Origin: Anaerococcus vaginalis
GTDB taxonomy: Bacteria > Bacillota > Clostridia > Tissierellales > Peptoniphilaceae
Assembly: GCF_018363915.1 (NCBI RefSeq)
Contig: NZ_JAGZMY010000007.1
DNA: 64,000 nt
Direction: 5' to 3' (one strand)
In this document: piece after piece, positions 9,951-16,903 of the stretch
Position numbering within the stretch: the first letter of the stretch is position 1
Layout of the letters: every line of letters begins with the position of its first letter
Program-made: the position numbers and the translations under genes
Notes under the pieces: model-generated
Databases searched by the model: none
Seen by the model: only the letters and a program-made list of their open reading frames with translations
Told to the model about the DNA's origin: nothing

Positions 9951-11273
9951 ATGTCCTTAAATACATTAAATTTAAAACAAAAACAAGGTGGGAGAGTTAT
10001 CAAGCAAGCTGATAGGTCATCCATCTTAAAATTTGCCTTACAAGATGCTAATGGTGCTTTAATTAATCTTAATGGACAAGAAGCAGATATAAGCTTATTT
10101 AATCCAAACATTAAAAAATATTGGTCTACTAAGGCAAAAGTTAAAGATAGTGAGGTAGAATTTAAGCTGCCGGGAAACGTAGAAGAAAACGACTATATTT
10201 TGGAAATTACAGCTGGTGGATATGTTTTTCCGAGCGACAACGACTTTATAATAGAGATTATTAAAGGTTTTAAAGACCTACCAGATATGGAAACGGGTTT
10301 AAGATATAAGCAGACCATAGAGGAAATAACAGAAGATTATATAAAAAGGTCTGATAATAAGTTAAAAGAAAATCTTGATGGAATAACAGATGAACGAGTA
10401 AAAATTGACAAAGCAAATGCTGAAATATTAAAAAACATTAATGATACAGGAAGTAAGTACATTAATGATATTAATACTAATTATGCAAATGTAAAATTAG
10501 AATTTGATAAAAACGCCCAAAAACGAAAAGAAGAATTTACAACAATTGCTGATAATAATTTAAATACATTTACAACAACTAGCGACGAAGCCTTAAAAAA
10601 TTTGAAGAAAACAGGGGATAGTTATATTAATAATTTAGTAATAAATTATAACAGTGCAAAAACAGAATTTGGAAAAAATGCTAGTCAAAAAAATGAAGAG
10701 TTAAAAAATAATTATGATACCTATTTATCAAATATGGGGCAAAAAGAAGAATCATTTAATGCAAATTATCAGACGAATCTTGCTAATATTAATCAAAAAG
10801 CAGATGATGTAGTAGCTCTTATAGGTAGAAAAAAAGAAGAATTATTACAAGAAGTAGATGGACAAGTAAAAGCCTCTACTGATAAGTATTTAGGTGATTA
10901 TAGTAAAAAGTTAGAAGATAAAGTAAGTAAAGTGGCTGGTAAAGAATTATCTGACAACAATTACACTAATCAAGATTTAAATAAAGTTAAGAAATTAGAT
11001 AATTTACCATTAGATAATTATAAAAATGGAGCTTTAAATGTGGACTTTATAGAATCTGGTGGTAATGCAAACGCAGTAATAAAAGAGTGGGTTTTAATTA
11101 AAGGAAGTAATTTGCCTACTGCAGATTATTGGTATTTACACACAATTAATTATGGAATAGGAACACAAAGATTACAAATAGCATACCCATATTTTGACGG
11201 ACAAACACAAACCGTGTACTTTAGAACACAATATCAAGGTAAATTTTCAACATGGAAAAAAATCGGAAGTTAA
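9951..11273 (+). CDS. baseplate upper protein-like / receptor-binding protein with internal tandem repeats
   Basis: The N-terminus resembles BppU_N of Lactococcus and Streptococcus phages. The central part has two ~55-aa tandem repeats (..YIN.(I/L).(T/I)NY...K.EF.KNA.QK.EE..). The C-terminal domain is beta-rich. Confidence 0.5.
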   Translation: MSLNTLNLKQKQGGRVIKQADRSSILKFALQDANGALINLNGQEADISLFNPNIKKYWSTKAKVKDSEVEFKLPGNVEENDYILEITAGGYVFPSDNDFIIEIIKGFKDLPDMETGLRYKQTIEEITEDYIKRSDNKLKENLDGITDERVKIDKANAEILKNINDTGSKYINDINTNYANVKLEFDKNAQKRKEEFTTIADNNLNTFTTTSDEALKNLKKTGDSYINNLVINYNSAKTEFGKNASQKNEELKNNYDTYLSNMGQKEESFNANYQTNLANINQKADDVVALIGRKKEELLQEVDGQVKASTDKYLGDYSKKLEDKVSKVAGKELSDNNYTNQDLNKVKKLDNLPLDNYKNGALNVDFIESGGNANAVIKEWVLIKGSNLPTADYWYLHTINYGIGTQRLQIAYPYFDGQTQTVYFRTQYQGKFSTWKKIGS

Positions 11274-11284
11274 AGGAGTAAAAT

Positions 11285-11926
11285 ATGTACGAATTAAAAG
11301 CGAAAGAATATTTTGAAGGTAAAAACGAAACACAAGTAAGAATCCAACAAGAGAATCCTTGGAGGGATTTTATTATATTTTTAAAGGGGGACAAGAGAAA
11401 TGAGAGCGACAGTTTATTAATTGAGCTTGGACTTGCTGAAATAGCAAAAGAAGCTAATCCGAATATTGCTATTTATAGATTAGATAATATTGTAGCAGAA
11501 CTTAAAAAAGAAATAAAGACAGCCTTTGAAACATTGATTTTGGCAAAAGATTTAAGCAAGGAACAAAAAGAAAATATCTTAAACCAATATAAGCCTTATC
11601 AAGTTGGAAAAAACTATGAAGAAAACGAAAAATTTACCTACAAAGACAAGGTCTACGAAGTAATCCAAGCACATACAAGTCAAATAACATGGCTACCAGA
11701 AGCGACACCAGCTTTATATAAAGAATATCTAAATGTTAAAATCCAAAATCAAGACGGAAGCACAACAGAAGTAGTAAAAGAGTTTAAGCAACCAACAGGA
11801 GCACATGACGCTTATAAAAAAGGCGATAAAGTTTTGTTTAATGGTAAAATCTATCAATCTAAGATAGATTCAAATACATTTAGTCCAGAACAATACGCTG
11901 ATGGCTGGGAAGAAGTAACAGAATAA
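11285..11926 (+). CDS. tail fibre accessory protein with two CBM5/12-like carbohydrate-binding motifs
   Basis: The segments YKDKVYEVIQAHTSQITWLPEATPALY and YKKGDKVLFNGKIYQSKIDSNTFSPEQYADGW match the W/Y..G..V.YNGK.Y.....W...P pattern of chitin-binding type modules. Confidence 0.35.
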   Translation: MYELKAKEYFEGKNETQVRIQQENPWRDFIIFLKGDKRNESDSLLIELGLAEIAKEANPNIAIYRLDNIVAELKKEIKTAFETLILAKDLSKEQKENILNQYKPYQVGKNYEENEKFTYKDKVYEVIQAHTSQITWLPEATPALYKEYLNVKIQNQDGSTTEVVKEFKQPTGAHDAYKKGDKVLFNGKIYQSKIDSNTFSPEQYADGWEEVTE

Positions 11927-11980
11927 TCAAGGGAGTGTAAGCTCTCTTTTTTATATAGTAGAAAGGAAGTAGGTAATAAT

Positions 11981-12343
11981 ATGGAATGGACTATGATAGC
12001 AAGTGCTTTAATAAAAAATGGTCCTCTGGTAGTAATAGCGGCGATTTTTTTGAAAGTATATATGGAAGATACTAGCATAAAAAGAAGCGAAAGAGCAGAG
12101 GACAGAAAGCTACAGAAAGAAAATAACGATAAAATTTTAAAACTTACAGAAAAAGTAACCCAATCGATAGAAACCAACAAAGGCGAAGTAAGATGCTTGG
12201 GAGAAAAATTAGAGGTACACAATTCTTCTTCCGGGGCAACCCTTGCTGAGATTAAGCAAGGGGTAAACCAAATACAAAAAGACGTTACGATATTAAATAG
12301 TAAAATTGACGATATAGCAGACGATATGGATAAAAGTGCTTAG
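11981..12343 (+). CDS. holin-like protein (single N-terminal TM followed by coiled coil, BhlA/UviB-like)
   Basis: An N-terminal hydrophobic helix (IASALIKNGPLVVIAAIFLKVY) is followed by a charged coiled coil. The gene sits directly upstream of the endolysin. Confidence 0.4.
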   Translation: MEWTMIASALIKNGPLVVIAAIFLKVYMEDTSIKRSERAEDRKLQKENNDKILKLTEKVTQSIETNKGEVRCLGEKLEVHNSSSGATLAEIKQGVNQIQKDVTILNSKIDDIADDMDKSA

Positions 12344-12369
12344 GACTAGGTAAAATCTAGTCCTTTTTT
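12342..12369 (+). terminator. terminator-like hairpin between holin-like gene and endolysin
   Basis: AGGACTAG-gtaaaat-CTAGTCCT followed by TTTTT, beginning within the holin stop codon. Confidence 0.35.
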
Positions 12370-12386
12370 AGTACAAGGAGGTATAA

Positions 12387-13334
12387 ATGAGTAATAGTAG
12401 TTTAGTTGATTTAGTTAGTTACAGTCCAAACCATAGTGGAAGAAGAACACATCCTATAACCAAGATAGCTATACACCATACAGCAGGAGTTTTAACTGCA
12501 GCTGGTATTGGTAATGTATTTAAATCTAGGAGTAGGCAAGCTTCTTGTAATTATGGGATTGGAAATGATAACAAGATAGTTCTAGTAGTAGATGAAGCAA
12601 ATAGGGCATGGACAACATCAAATGCATGGTGTGATAATAGGGCAGTAACAATCGAAGTTTCAAACTGTCAATACGGTGGTAATTGGCTTGTTTCAGATAG
12701 GGTTTTGAATACTTTAATAGATTTAGTTGCGGATATATGCAGAAGAAACGGGATAAAAAACTGCACTTATACGGGCGGAACAGACGGGGTTTTACAAATG
12801 CATAAGTGGTATGCACAGACTTCTTGTCCTGGACCTTATCTTGCTAGTAAATTTACTTATATTGCCCAAGAAGTAAATAAGAGATTAAGAGGAGAAAAAA
12901 ATACAAGCTCATCTAATAATCTTTATAGGGTTAGAAAATCTTGGGGAGATAGTAAAAGTCAAAAGGGTGCTTTTAAAAATCTTAATAATGCAATAGATTT
13001 GGCAAAGAAACATAAATATAAGGTTTTTGATAGTAATGGTAAACAAGTTTACCCAGAAGTAAAAAAAGCAAGTACAAGCTCTAACGGAGGCGTATTTATT
13101 AAGAACGAAAAATGGACAGGTATAACTCTAGATGTTTGTAATGTTAGGAGTGCTCCTAATACTAATGCTCCTATTGTTGCACAATATCAAAAAAATGAAC
13201 CAATACATTACGACCAAGTCTGGGAGGGTGATGGTTATAGATGGATTTCCTACATTGGAGCAAATTCTGGACAAAGAAGATATGTTGCTTGCAGGAGATT
13301 AAGTGGGGATACGACACCTTGGATTAGATTTTAA
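12387..13334 (+). CDS. endolysin: N-acetylmuramoyl-L-alanine amidase (Amidase_2/PGRP) with C-terminal SH3b
   Basis: The IAIHHTAG zinc-amidase motif is present. The C-terminal stretch NVRSAPNT..GDGYRWISY is a bacterial SH3 fold signature. RBS AAGGAGG. Confidence 0.85.
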   Translation: MSNSSLVDLVSYSPNHSGRRTHPITKIAIHHTAGVLTAAGIGNVFKSRSRQASCNYGIGNDNKIVLVVDEANRAWTTSNAWCDNRAVTIEVSNCQYGGNWLVSDRVLNTLIDLVADICRRNGIKNCTYTGGTDGVLQMHKWYAQTSCPGPYLASKFTYIAQEVNKRLRGEKNTSSSNNLYRVRKSWGDSKSQKGAFKNLNNAIDLAKKHKYKVFDSNGKQVYPEVKKASTSSNGGVFIKNEKWTGITLDVCNVRSAPNTNAPIVAQYQKNEPIHYDQVWEGDGYRWISYIGANSGQRRYVACRRLSGDTTPWIRF

Positions 13335-13343
13335 TAAAAACAA

Positions 13344-13372
13344 TTGACTAATAGTATTATATATAGTACTAT
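13344..13372 (+). promoter_or_regulatory. hicAB promoter (TTGACT-17-TACTAT) with overlapping 18-bp near-palindrome AGTATTATATATAGTACT (13353-13370)
   Basis: Sequence inspection. The palindrome sits in the spacer/-10 region, as expected for an autorepressed toxin-antitoxin operon. Confidence 0.45.
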
Positions 13373-13399
13373 AATATTACAAGGGGGGATGTAAAGTAT

Positions 13400-13639
13400 T
13401 TGACTAAAAAAGATAAGCTTATCAAGAAAATGAAAACAAGCCCTAGAAATATTAGTCCGGATGAAATAGAAAAAATGCTAGGGTGGTTAAATTTTGATAA
13501 AAGAAAAAACAATGCGGGTAGTCATCAAACTTTTAAAAGAAAATCTGATGGAAAAGTTTTTAACTTGGTTTTAACAAATAACCCAGTTAAAAAATATCAA
13601 GTCGATGATATACTTAAAATAATTGAAGAAGGGGAATAA
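13400..13639 (+). CDS. hicA: type II toxin HicA (mRNA interferase)
   Basis: 79 aa carrying the GSH motif (NAGSHQTFKRK) of HicA/YcfA-like toxins. TTG start lies 11 nt after AAGGGGGG. Confidence 0.75.
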   Translation: MTKKDKLIKKMKTSPRNISPDEIEKMLGWLNFDKRKNNAGSHQTFKRKSDGKVFNLVLTNNPVKKYQVDDILKIIEEGE

Positions 13640-13648
13640 CTTCCCCTT
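13629..13648 (+). promoter_or_regulatory. hairpin AAGGGGAA-UAAC-TTCCCCTT enclosing the hicA stop codon and abutting the hicB TTG start
   Basis: 8-bp perfect stem with a tetraloop that contains TAA. Likely a translational-coupling element. Confidence 0.4.
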
Positions 13649-14016
13649 TGGAAGTCAAATACTTTAAAAAAATGAAAGATTTAAAATATTATTTATCTTT
13701 ACCATGGAATTTTAAAGTTAAAAAGGTAAGTGATGAAAGCGGAAATTATTATCTAGGCTGTATTCAAGAAATTCCAGAAGTAAGAGGTCATGGAGATACT
13801 TTAGATGAATGTTATGATCTTGTGATGGAAATATTAGAAACAAATTTAGAATTAATGATTGAAGACGGAGAAAAAATACCAGAACCAGTTGATAAAAATT
13901 ATTCTGGAAAATTTAATGTAAGAATACCTAAATCTCTTCATAAAAAATTATCAGAGGAAGCAGAAGATGAAGGTATATCATTAAATCAATTAGCAGTTTA
14001 TAAATTAAGTATATAA
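13648..14016 (+). CDS. hicB: type II antitoxin HicB (HicB fold plus C-terminal RHH)
   Basis: N-terminal HicB-like region (YYLGCIQEIPEVRGHGDTLDEC). C-terminal RHH (KFNVRIPKSLHKKLSEEAEDEGISLNQLAVYKL). The start is either TTG 13648 or ATG 13672. Confidence 0.75.
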   Translation: MEVKYFKKMKDLKYYLSLPWNFKVKKVSDESGNYYLGCIQEIPEVRGHGDTLDECYDLVMEILETNLELMIEDGEKIPEPVDKNYSGKFNVRIPKSLHKKLSEEAEDEGISLNQLAVYKLSI

Positions 14017-14021
14017 GTTTT

Positions 14022-14050
14022 AAGCGATTACATAAGTAGTCGCTTTTTTA
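14022..14050 (+). terminator. rho-independent terminator after hicB
   Basis: AAGCGA-12 nt loop-TCGCTT followed by TTTTTT. Confidence 0.4.
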
Positions 14051-14072
14051 GTTGATAAAAAGGAGATATTAA

Positions 14073-14441
14073 ATGGATAATTTAAAAATATTTGTAATCG
14101 GATTATTTGCTGTTGTTGCTGTATATTTTATAATTAGGGGATTAAAGCTAACTAAAGAATTCGAAAAAAATTTGAAGAGTGAAGAAGCTAAATTTGCTTT
14201 AGAACGATTAAATAAGATTCTTGAAAGAGCTGTAGGAGCAGCAAACCAAGTTATAGTTAATAATGCAAAAGAAGATGGGACTTTCACACCATCTTATGGT
14301 AAAAAAGTAAAAGATGAGGTTTTTGGAACAGTTTTAAAAGTCCTTGGAGATGAGGGAAAAAATCTTTTAAATGAAGCCTTGGGAGATTTAGATGAATATA
14401 TCTCAAACGGTATAGAAGATGAAGTTGATAAACGAAAATAG
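14073..14441 (+). CDS. small membrane protein (N-terminal TM then helical domain); holin-like or superinfection-exclusion candidate
   Basis: RBS AAAAGGAG. N-terminal TM segment (IFVIGLFAVVAVYFII). Followed by two strong terminators. Confidence 0.35.
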   Translation: MDNLKIFVIGLFAVVAVYFIIRGLKLTKEFEKNLKSEEAKFALERLNKILERAVGAANQVIVNNAKEDGTFTPSYGKKVKDEVFGTVLKVLGDEGKNLLNEALGDLDEYISNGIEDEVDKRK

Positions 14442-14492
14442 TATAATGTAAATGATAGGTAGACAATATATAGTGTTACCGAATTTCTACAC

Positions 14493-14527
14493 AGACCACT
14501 GGCTTTTGGCTGGTGGTCTTTTTTTAT
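14493..14527 (+). terminator. rho-independent terminator T1
   Basis: AGACCAC...GTGGTCT stem followed by TTTTTTTATTT. Confidence 0.55.
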
Positions 14528-14561
14528 TTGCGGTATAATAATTATAAAGGCAATACCATTA

Positions 14562-14595
14562 AGCTACCTAATAACTAGGTGGCTTTTTTTATTTT
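14562..14595 (+). terminator. rho-independent terminator T2
   Basis: AGCTACCTA-ATAAC-TAGGTGGCT (9-bp stem with one G-U pair) followed by TTTTTTTATTTT. Confidence 0.6.
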
Positions 14596-14705
14596 AAAAC
14601 TTAAAGTTATTTTTAAAGGAATACCATTGGTATACTTAATCATTTAATTAGCTTATAGGCTAAAATATAAATGATTGGCTTGTTTACAAGCCTTTAAACT
14701 AAACT

Positions 14706-14734
14706 ATATAAAAAAGGACTGAATCAACAGTCCC
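14706..14734 (-). terminator. terminator of the minus-strand cargo operon (downstream of gene A)
   Basis: On the minus strand GGGACTG-TTGATT-CAGTCC is followed by TTTTTTATATAG. Confidence 0.5.
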
Positions 14735-14760
14735 TTTATTGTATAATTTTTATGTTGTAA

Positions 14761-15192
14761 TTATTTCAAATTGTTTTCCAAAGCTCCCACGACAATATCT
14801 TTCATACTTTCGCCTGTTTTTTCACTTTTATCTTTTAATTTATTATATAAATTTTCTGGTATCAATAAACTAAAGGCAATATTTCCTTCTTCTTCGATTT
14901 CAAATATTTTTTCATAATCGTCGGCATCAAGATTTTCTTCCGCCCATTTCTTTGCCTCATTTATTGTTATAGGTGTTATTTTCTCACTACCAGACCAACT
15001 ACTGCTTCCAGTTTGGACTGCATAGCTTGACGCTGGTCCACCTCCTCCATACATAAAAAACTCTCCCGTTTTCTTTTTATAAAGTTCCTCACATTCGTAT
15101 TGCAAATCGGCTGAATTATATATATTCTCCCATTTTCCAATAAATTCTGCTGTGTCTGTGTCGTATCTTTTACCATTAATTATTTTTTTCAT
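14761..15192 (-). CDS. hypothetical protein with C-terminal ribbon-helix-helix-like DNA-binding segment (cassette gene A)
   Basis: RBS AAGGAGAA. C-terminal IAFSLLIPENLYNKLKDKSEKTGESMKDIVVGALENNL follows a beta-strand/helix/helix pattern. It is the last gene of the minus-strand cargo operon and is followed by a minus-strand terminator. Confidence 0.4.
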   Translation of the reverse strand: MKKIINGKRYDTDTAEFIGKWENIYNSADLQYECEELYKKKTGEFFMYGGGGPASSYAVQTGSSSWSGSEKITPITINEAKKWAEENLDADDYEKIFEIEEEGNIAFSLLIPENLYNKLKDKSEKTGESMKDIVVGALENNLK

Positions 15193-15312
15193 TGTTTTCT
15201 CCTTTTAATATTTTTTTATTTATGCTATAATTTAATTAAGCAATAGCTCAACAAGGTGAAAAGCCTTGCGGATTGAAATATGTTTTTATTTGTGTTACAA
15301 ATACAGGCATAG

Positions 15313-15346
15313 GAGGGGATATTTATTATCCCCTCATTTTTATATT
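15313..15346 (+). terminator. hairpin GAGGGGAT-atttatt-ATCCCCTC with T-run on the plus strand (between cassette genes B and A)
   Basis: 8-bp GC-rich stem. The U-tract is on the plus strand, so it may act as an antisense terminator or as an intra-operon attenuator. Confidence 0.3.
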
Positions 15347-15654
15347 GTTTTTAGATTTTCTTCTAGTAATCTTTTTAAATCTTCATCTTCTTCGTATTTT
15401 GTTTTCATAATTAATTCATCTTTTTTTAAATCTATGTAAGCATTGCTCACTTTATCTTTCATTTTTCTTGCTTTTTTATTGGATACTGATACTCCATTTA
15501 TAAAGGCTTCTTCTATCGAACCTGTGTGTCGATATTTGCAATAGATATTGGCTAATTTTATACCTGCCTTATTTAGATATAATCTATCCATATCTAACAT
15601 AGTCCACCTTTTAGCTCCCATTTTTATTAATTTTTCTATTTTTTCTTGATTCAT
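15340..15654 (-). CDS. hypothetical protein (cassette gene B)
   Basis: 104-aa ORF 20 nt after gene C. There is no obvious SD before the annotated ATG, so the true start may be an internal Met. Confidence 0.3.
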   Translation of the reverse strand: MNQEKIEKLIKMGAKRWTMLDMDRLYLNKAGIKLANIYCKYRHTGSIEEAFINGVSVSNKKARKMKDKVSNAYIDLKKDELIMKTKYEEDEDLKRLLEENLKTI

Positions 15655-15674
15655 AAGATTTTTATTTTTATATT

Positions 15675-15857
15675 TTAACCATATATATCAAATTCATCAT
15701 CTTCGCCATAAACTGTATACCAAGTTAAATTATAATGTTGTCCACTATTTCCGTTGTTTTCAACTTCTCTTACATATTCATTTTCTTCTATTTCTTCAAA
15801 TTCTTTTTGTGTAACTTCTTTACCTTCGTATCTGTTTTTTAATTCTTCAAATGTCAT
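15675..15857 (-). CDS. very acidic 60-aa protein (cassette gene C), DNA-mimic-like
   Basis: RBS AAGGAGA. About 17 Asp/Glu against 6 Lys/Arg. It is the first gene downstream of promoter-operator copy P1. Confidence 0.4.
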   Translation of the reverse strand: MTFEELKNRYEGKEVTQKEFEEIEENEYVREVENNGNSGQHYNLTWYTVYGEDDEFDIYG

Positions 15858-15905
15858 TTTTAATCTCCTTTTTATTTTTTTATTGTGTATCTCTTTGTTA
15901 ATGTT

Positions 15906-15957
15906 ATAATACTACCTTATTTATACGCTGTCAATATATATAGTGTAAATATTTACA
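15906..15957 (-). promoter_or_regulatory. promoter-operator copy P1: TTGACA(15934-15929)-17-TATTAT(15911-15906) with upstream palindrome TGTAAATATTTACA (15944-15957)
   Basis: Consensus -35, 17-nt spacer and near-consensus -10 read on the minus strand, preceded by a perfect 14-bp palindrome. Confidence 0.55.
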
Positions 15958-15993
15958 ATAATTTGTTAATGAGGGGTAGGATTTTTCCTACCC

Positions 15994-16314
15994 TTATATT
16001 AATTCTAAATCTACAAATCCGTAAAAGTTATCATCAAAGTAGTCTGTAATTACATCGCTTTTATCATAATTGTAAGAATCTAATAGATCAGTTATATTCT
16101 TTTTTATTTCTTGATTTCGCTTGTTATATTCTTTAACTTTTATTTTAATAAAAATTGCATTATATTCACTTTTTACACTTATTTTTATGCCTTTATATAA
16201 TTTTCTTGCTTGTTTTTTTACTTCTCTTGCTATCTCTTTTGTTGTTAGGTTTGGATTGTAATTGTTTCCTATAATGTTGTTGTAGTTGTATGTTGTTTCT
16301 ATCATTTTCCCCAC
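15994..16314 (-). CDS. hypothetical protein with basic N-terminus and acidic C-terminus (cassette gene D)
   Basis: Begins 3 nt after the gene E stop. The start is GTG at 16314 or, more likely, ATG at 16305 after GGGTGGGG. Confidence 0.4.
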   Translation of the reverse strand: MGKMIETTYNYNNIIGNNYNPNLTTKEIAREVKKQARKLYKGIKISVKSEYNAIFIKIKVKEYNKRNQEIKKNITDLLDSYNYDKSDVITDYFDDNFYGFVDLELI

Positions 16315-16317
16315 CCT

Positions 16318-16581
16318 TTATTTATAAATTTTAATATTGTTTACTTCTATTTTGTTTATTTGGTTTATTGTAAATTCTATTCCTGTCAAACTTTCTTGTT
16401 TTTCTGTACATTCTTCAAAAAAATCTTTTATATTTTCATCTTCGTTTTCGTTAAAATTTCCTAAGTCGTCTAAAATCCAGCTAAAGTTTTCTTCTGCTTT
16501 TTCGTTCCAATTTTTTATTAATTCTTCTTCTGTTTTTCCGTTTGCGTATGTGTAATCATTGTAATTATCGTAAATTTTCAT
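16318..16581 (-). CDS. very acidic 87-aa protein (cassette gene E), DNA-mimic-like
   Basis: RBS AAGGAG. About 23 Asp/Glu against 9 Lys and no Arg. It is the first gene downstream of promoter-operator copy P2. Confidence 0.4.
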   Translation of the reverse strand: MKIYDNYNDYTYANGKTEEELIKNWNEKAEENFSWILDDLGNFNENEDENIKDFFEECTEKQESLTGIEFTINQINKIEVNNIKIYK

Positions 16582-16702
16582 TTCCTACTCCTTATAATTG
16601 TTTTTTGTTATATAAAGTAGTAAGATACTAAATAAGGGTATTTTAAAAGAGTTAATTTTTTAATACTCCTATAAAGTGGCGGTCAAACTACTTTATTTGT
16701 TA

Positions 16703-16740
16703 GATAGTCGGTATTGGTAGTACTGGCTATCTTTTTTATT
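16703..16740 (+). terminator. orphan plus-strand terminator in presumed attR region
   Basis: GATAGTCGGTA-ttggtag-TACTGGCTATC (11-bp stem with two G-U pairs) followed by TTTTTTATTT. Confidence 0.5.
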
Positions 16741-16756
16741 TCCTTTTGTTAATTAT

Positions 16757-16808
16757 ATAATACCATGATATATTTACATTGTCAATATAAACGATGTAAA
16801 TATTTATA
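16757..16808 (-). promoter_or_regulatory. promoter-operator copy P2: TTGACA(16785-16780)-17-TATTAT(16762-16757) with upstream TGTAAATATTTATA (16795-16808)
   Basis: About 50-bp block nearly identical to P1 (TGTCAATATA..A..TGTAAATATTTAnAATAA), placed upstream of gene E. Confidence 0.55.
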
Positions 16809-16881
16809 ATAAGTCAATTTATATAAAAATTTAAATAAACCTAAAATCTAAAATATAAAAAATATTACATTAAATTTTAAT

Positions 16882-16903
16882 GTGGGTAACGTGTGGGCAA
16901 CGT
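16882..16903 (+). repeat. tandem 11-mer GTGGGTAACGT GTGGGCAACGT, with additional AACGTTGC/GTTGC copies downstream to about 16960
   Basis: Direct reading of the sequence. The repeat is GC-rich relative to the surrounding AT-rich intergenic DNA. Confidence 0.4.

Noticed and set aside
12526-12816. 96-aa minus-strand ORF inside the endolysin gene.
   Set aside because: It is embedded antisense to a confidently identified amidase domain.
16337-16555. 72-aa plus-strand ORF opposite cassette gene E.
   Set aside because: It is the mirror frame of an AT-rich gene, with Ser/Phe/Lys-rich low complexity and no RBS.
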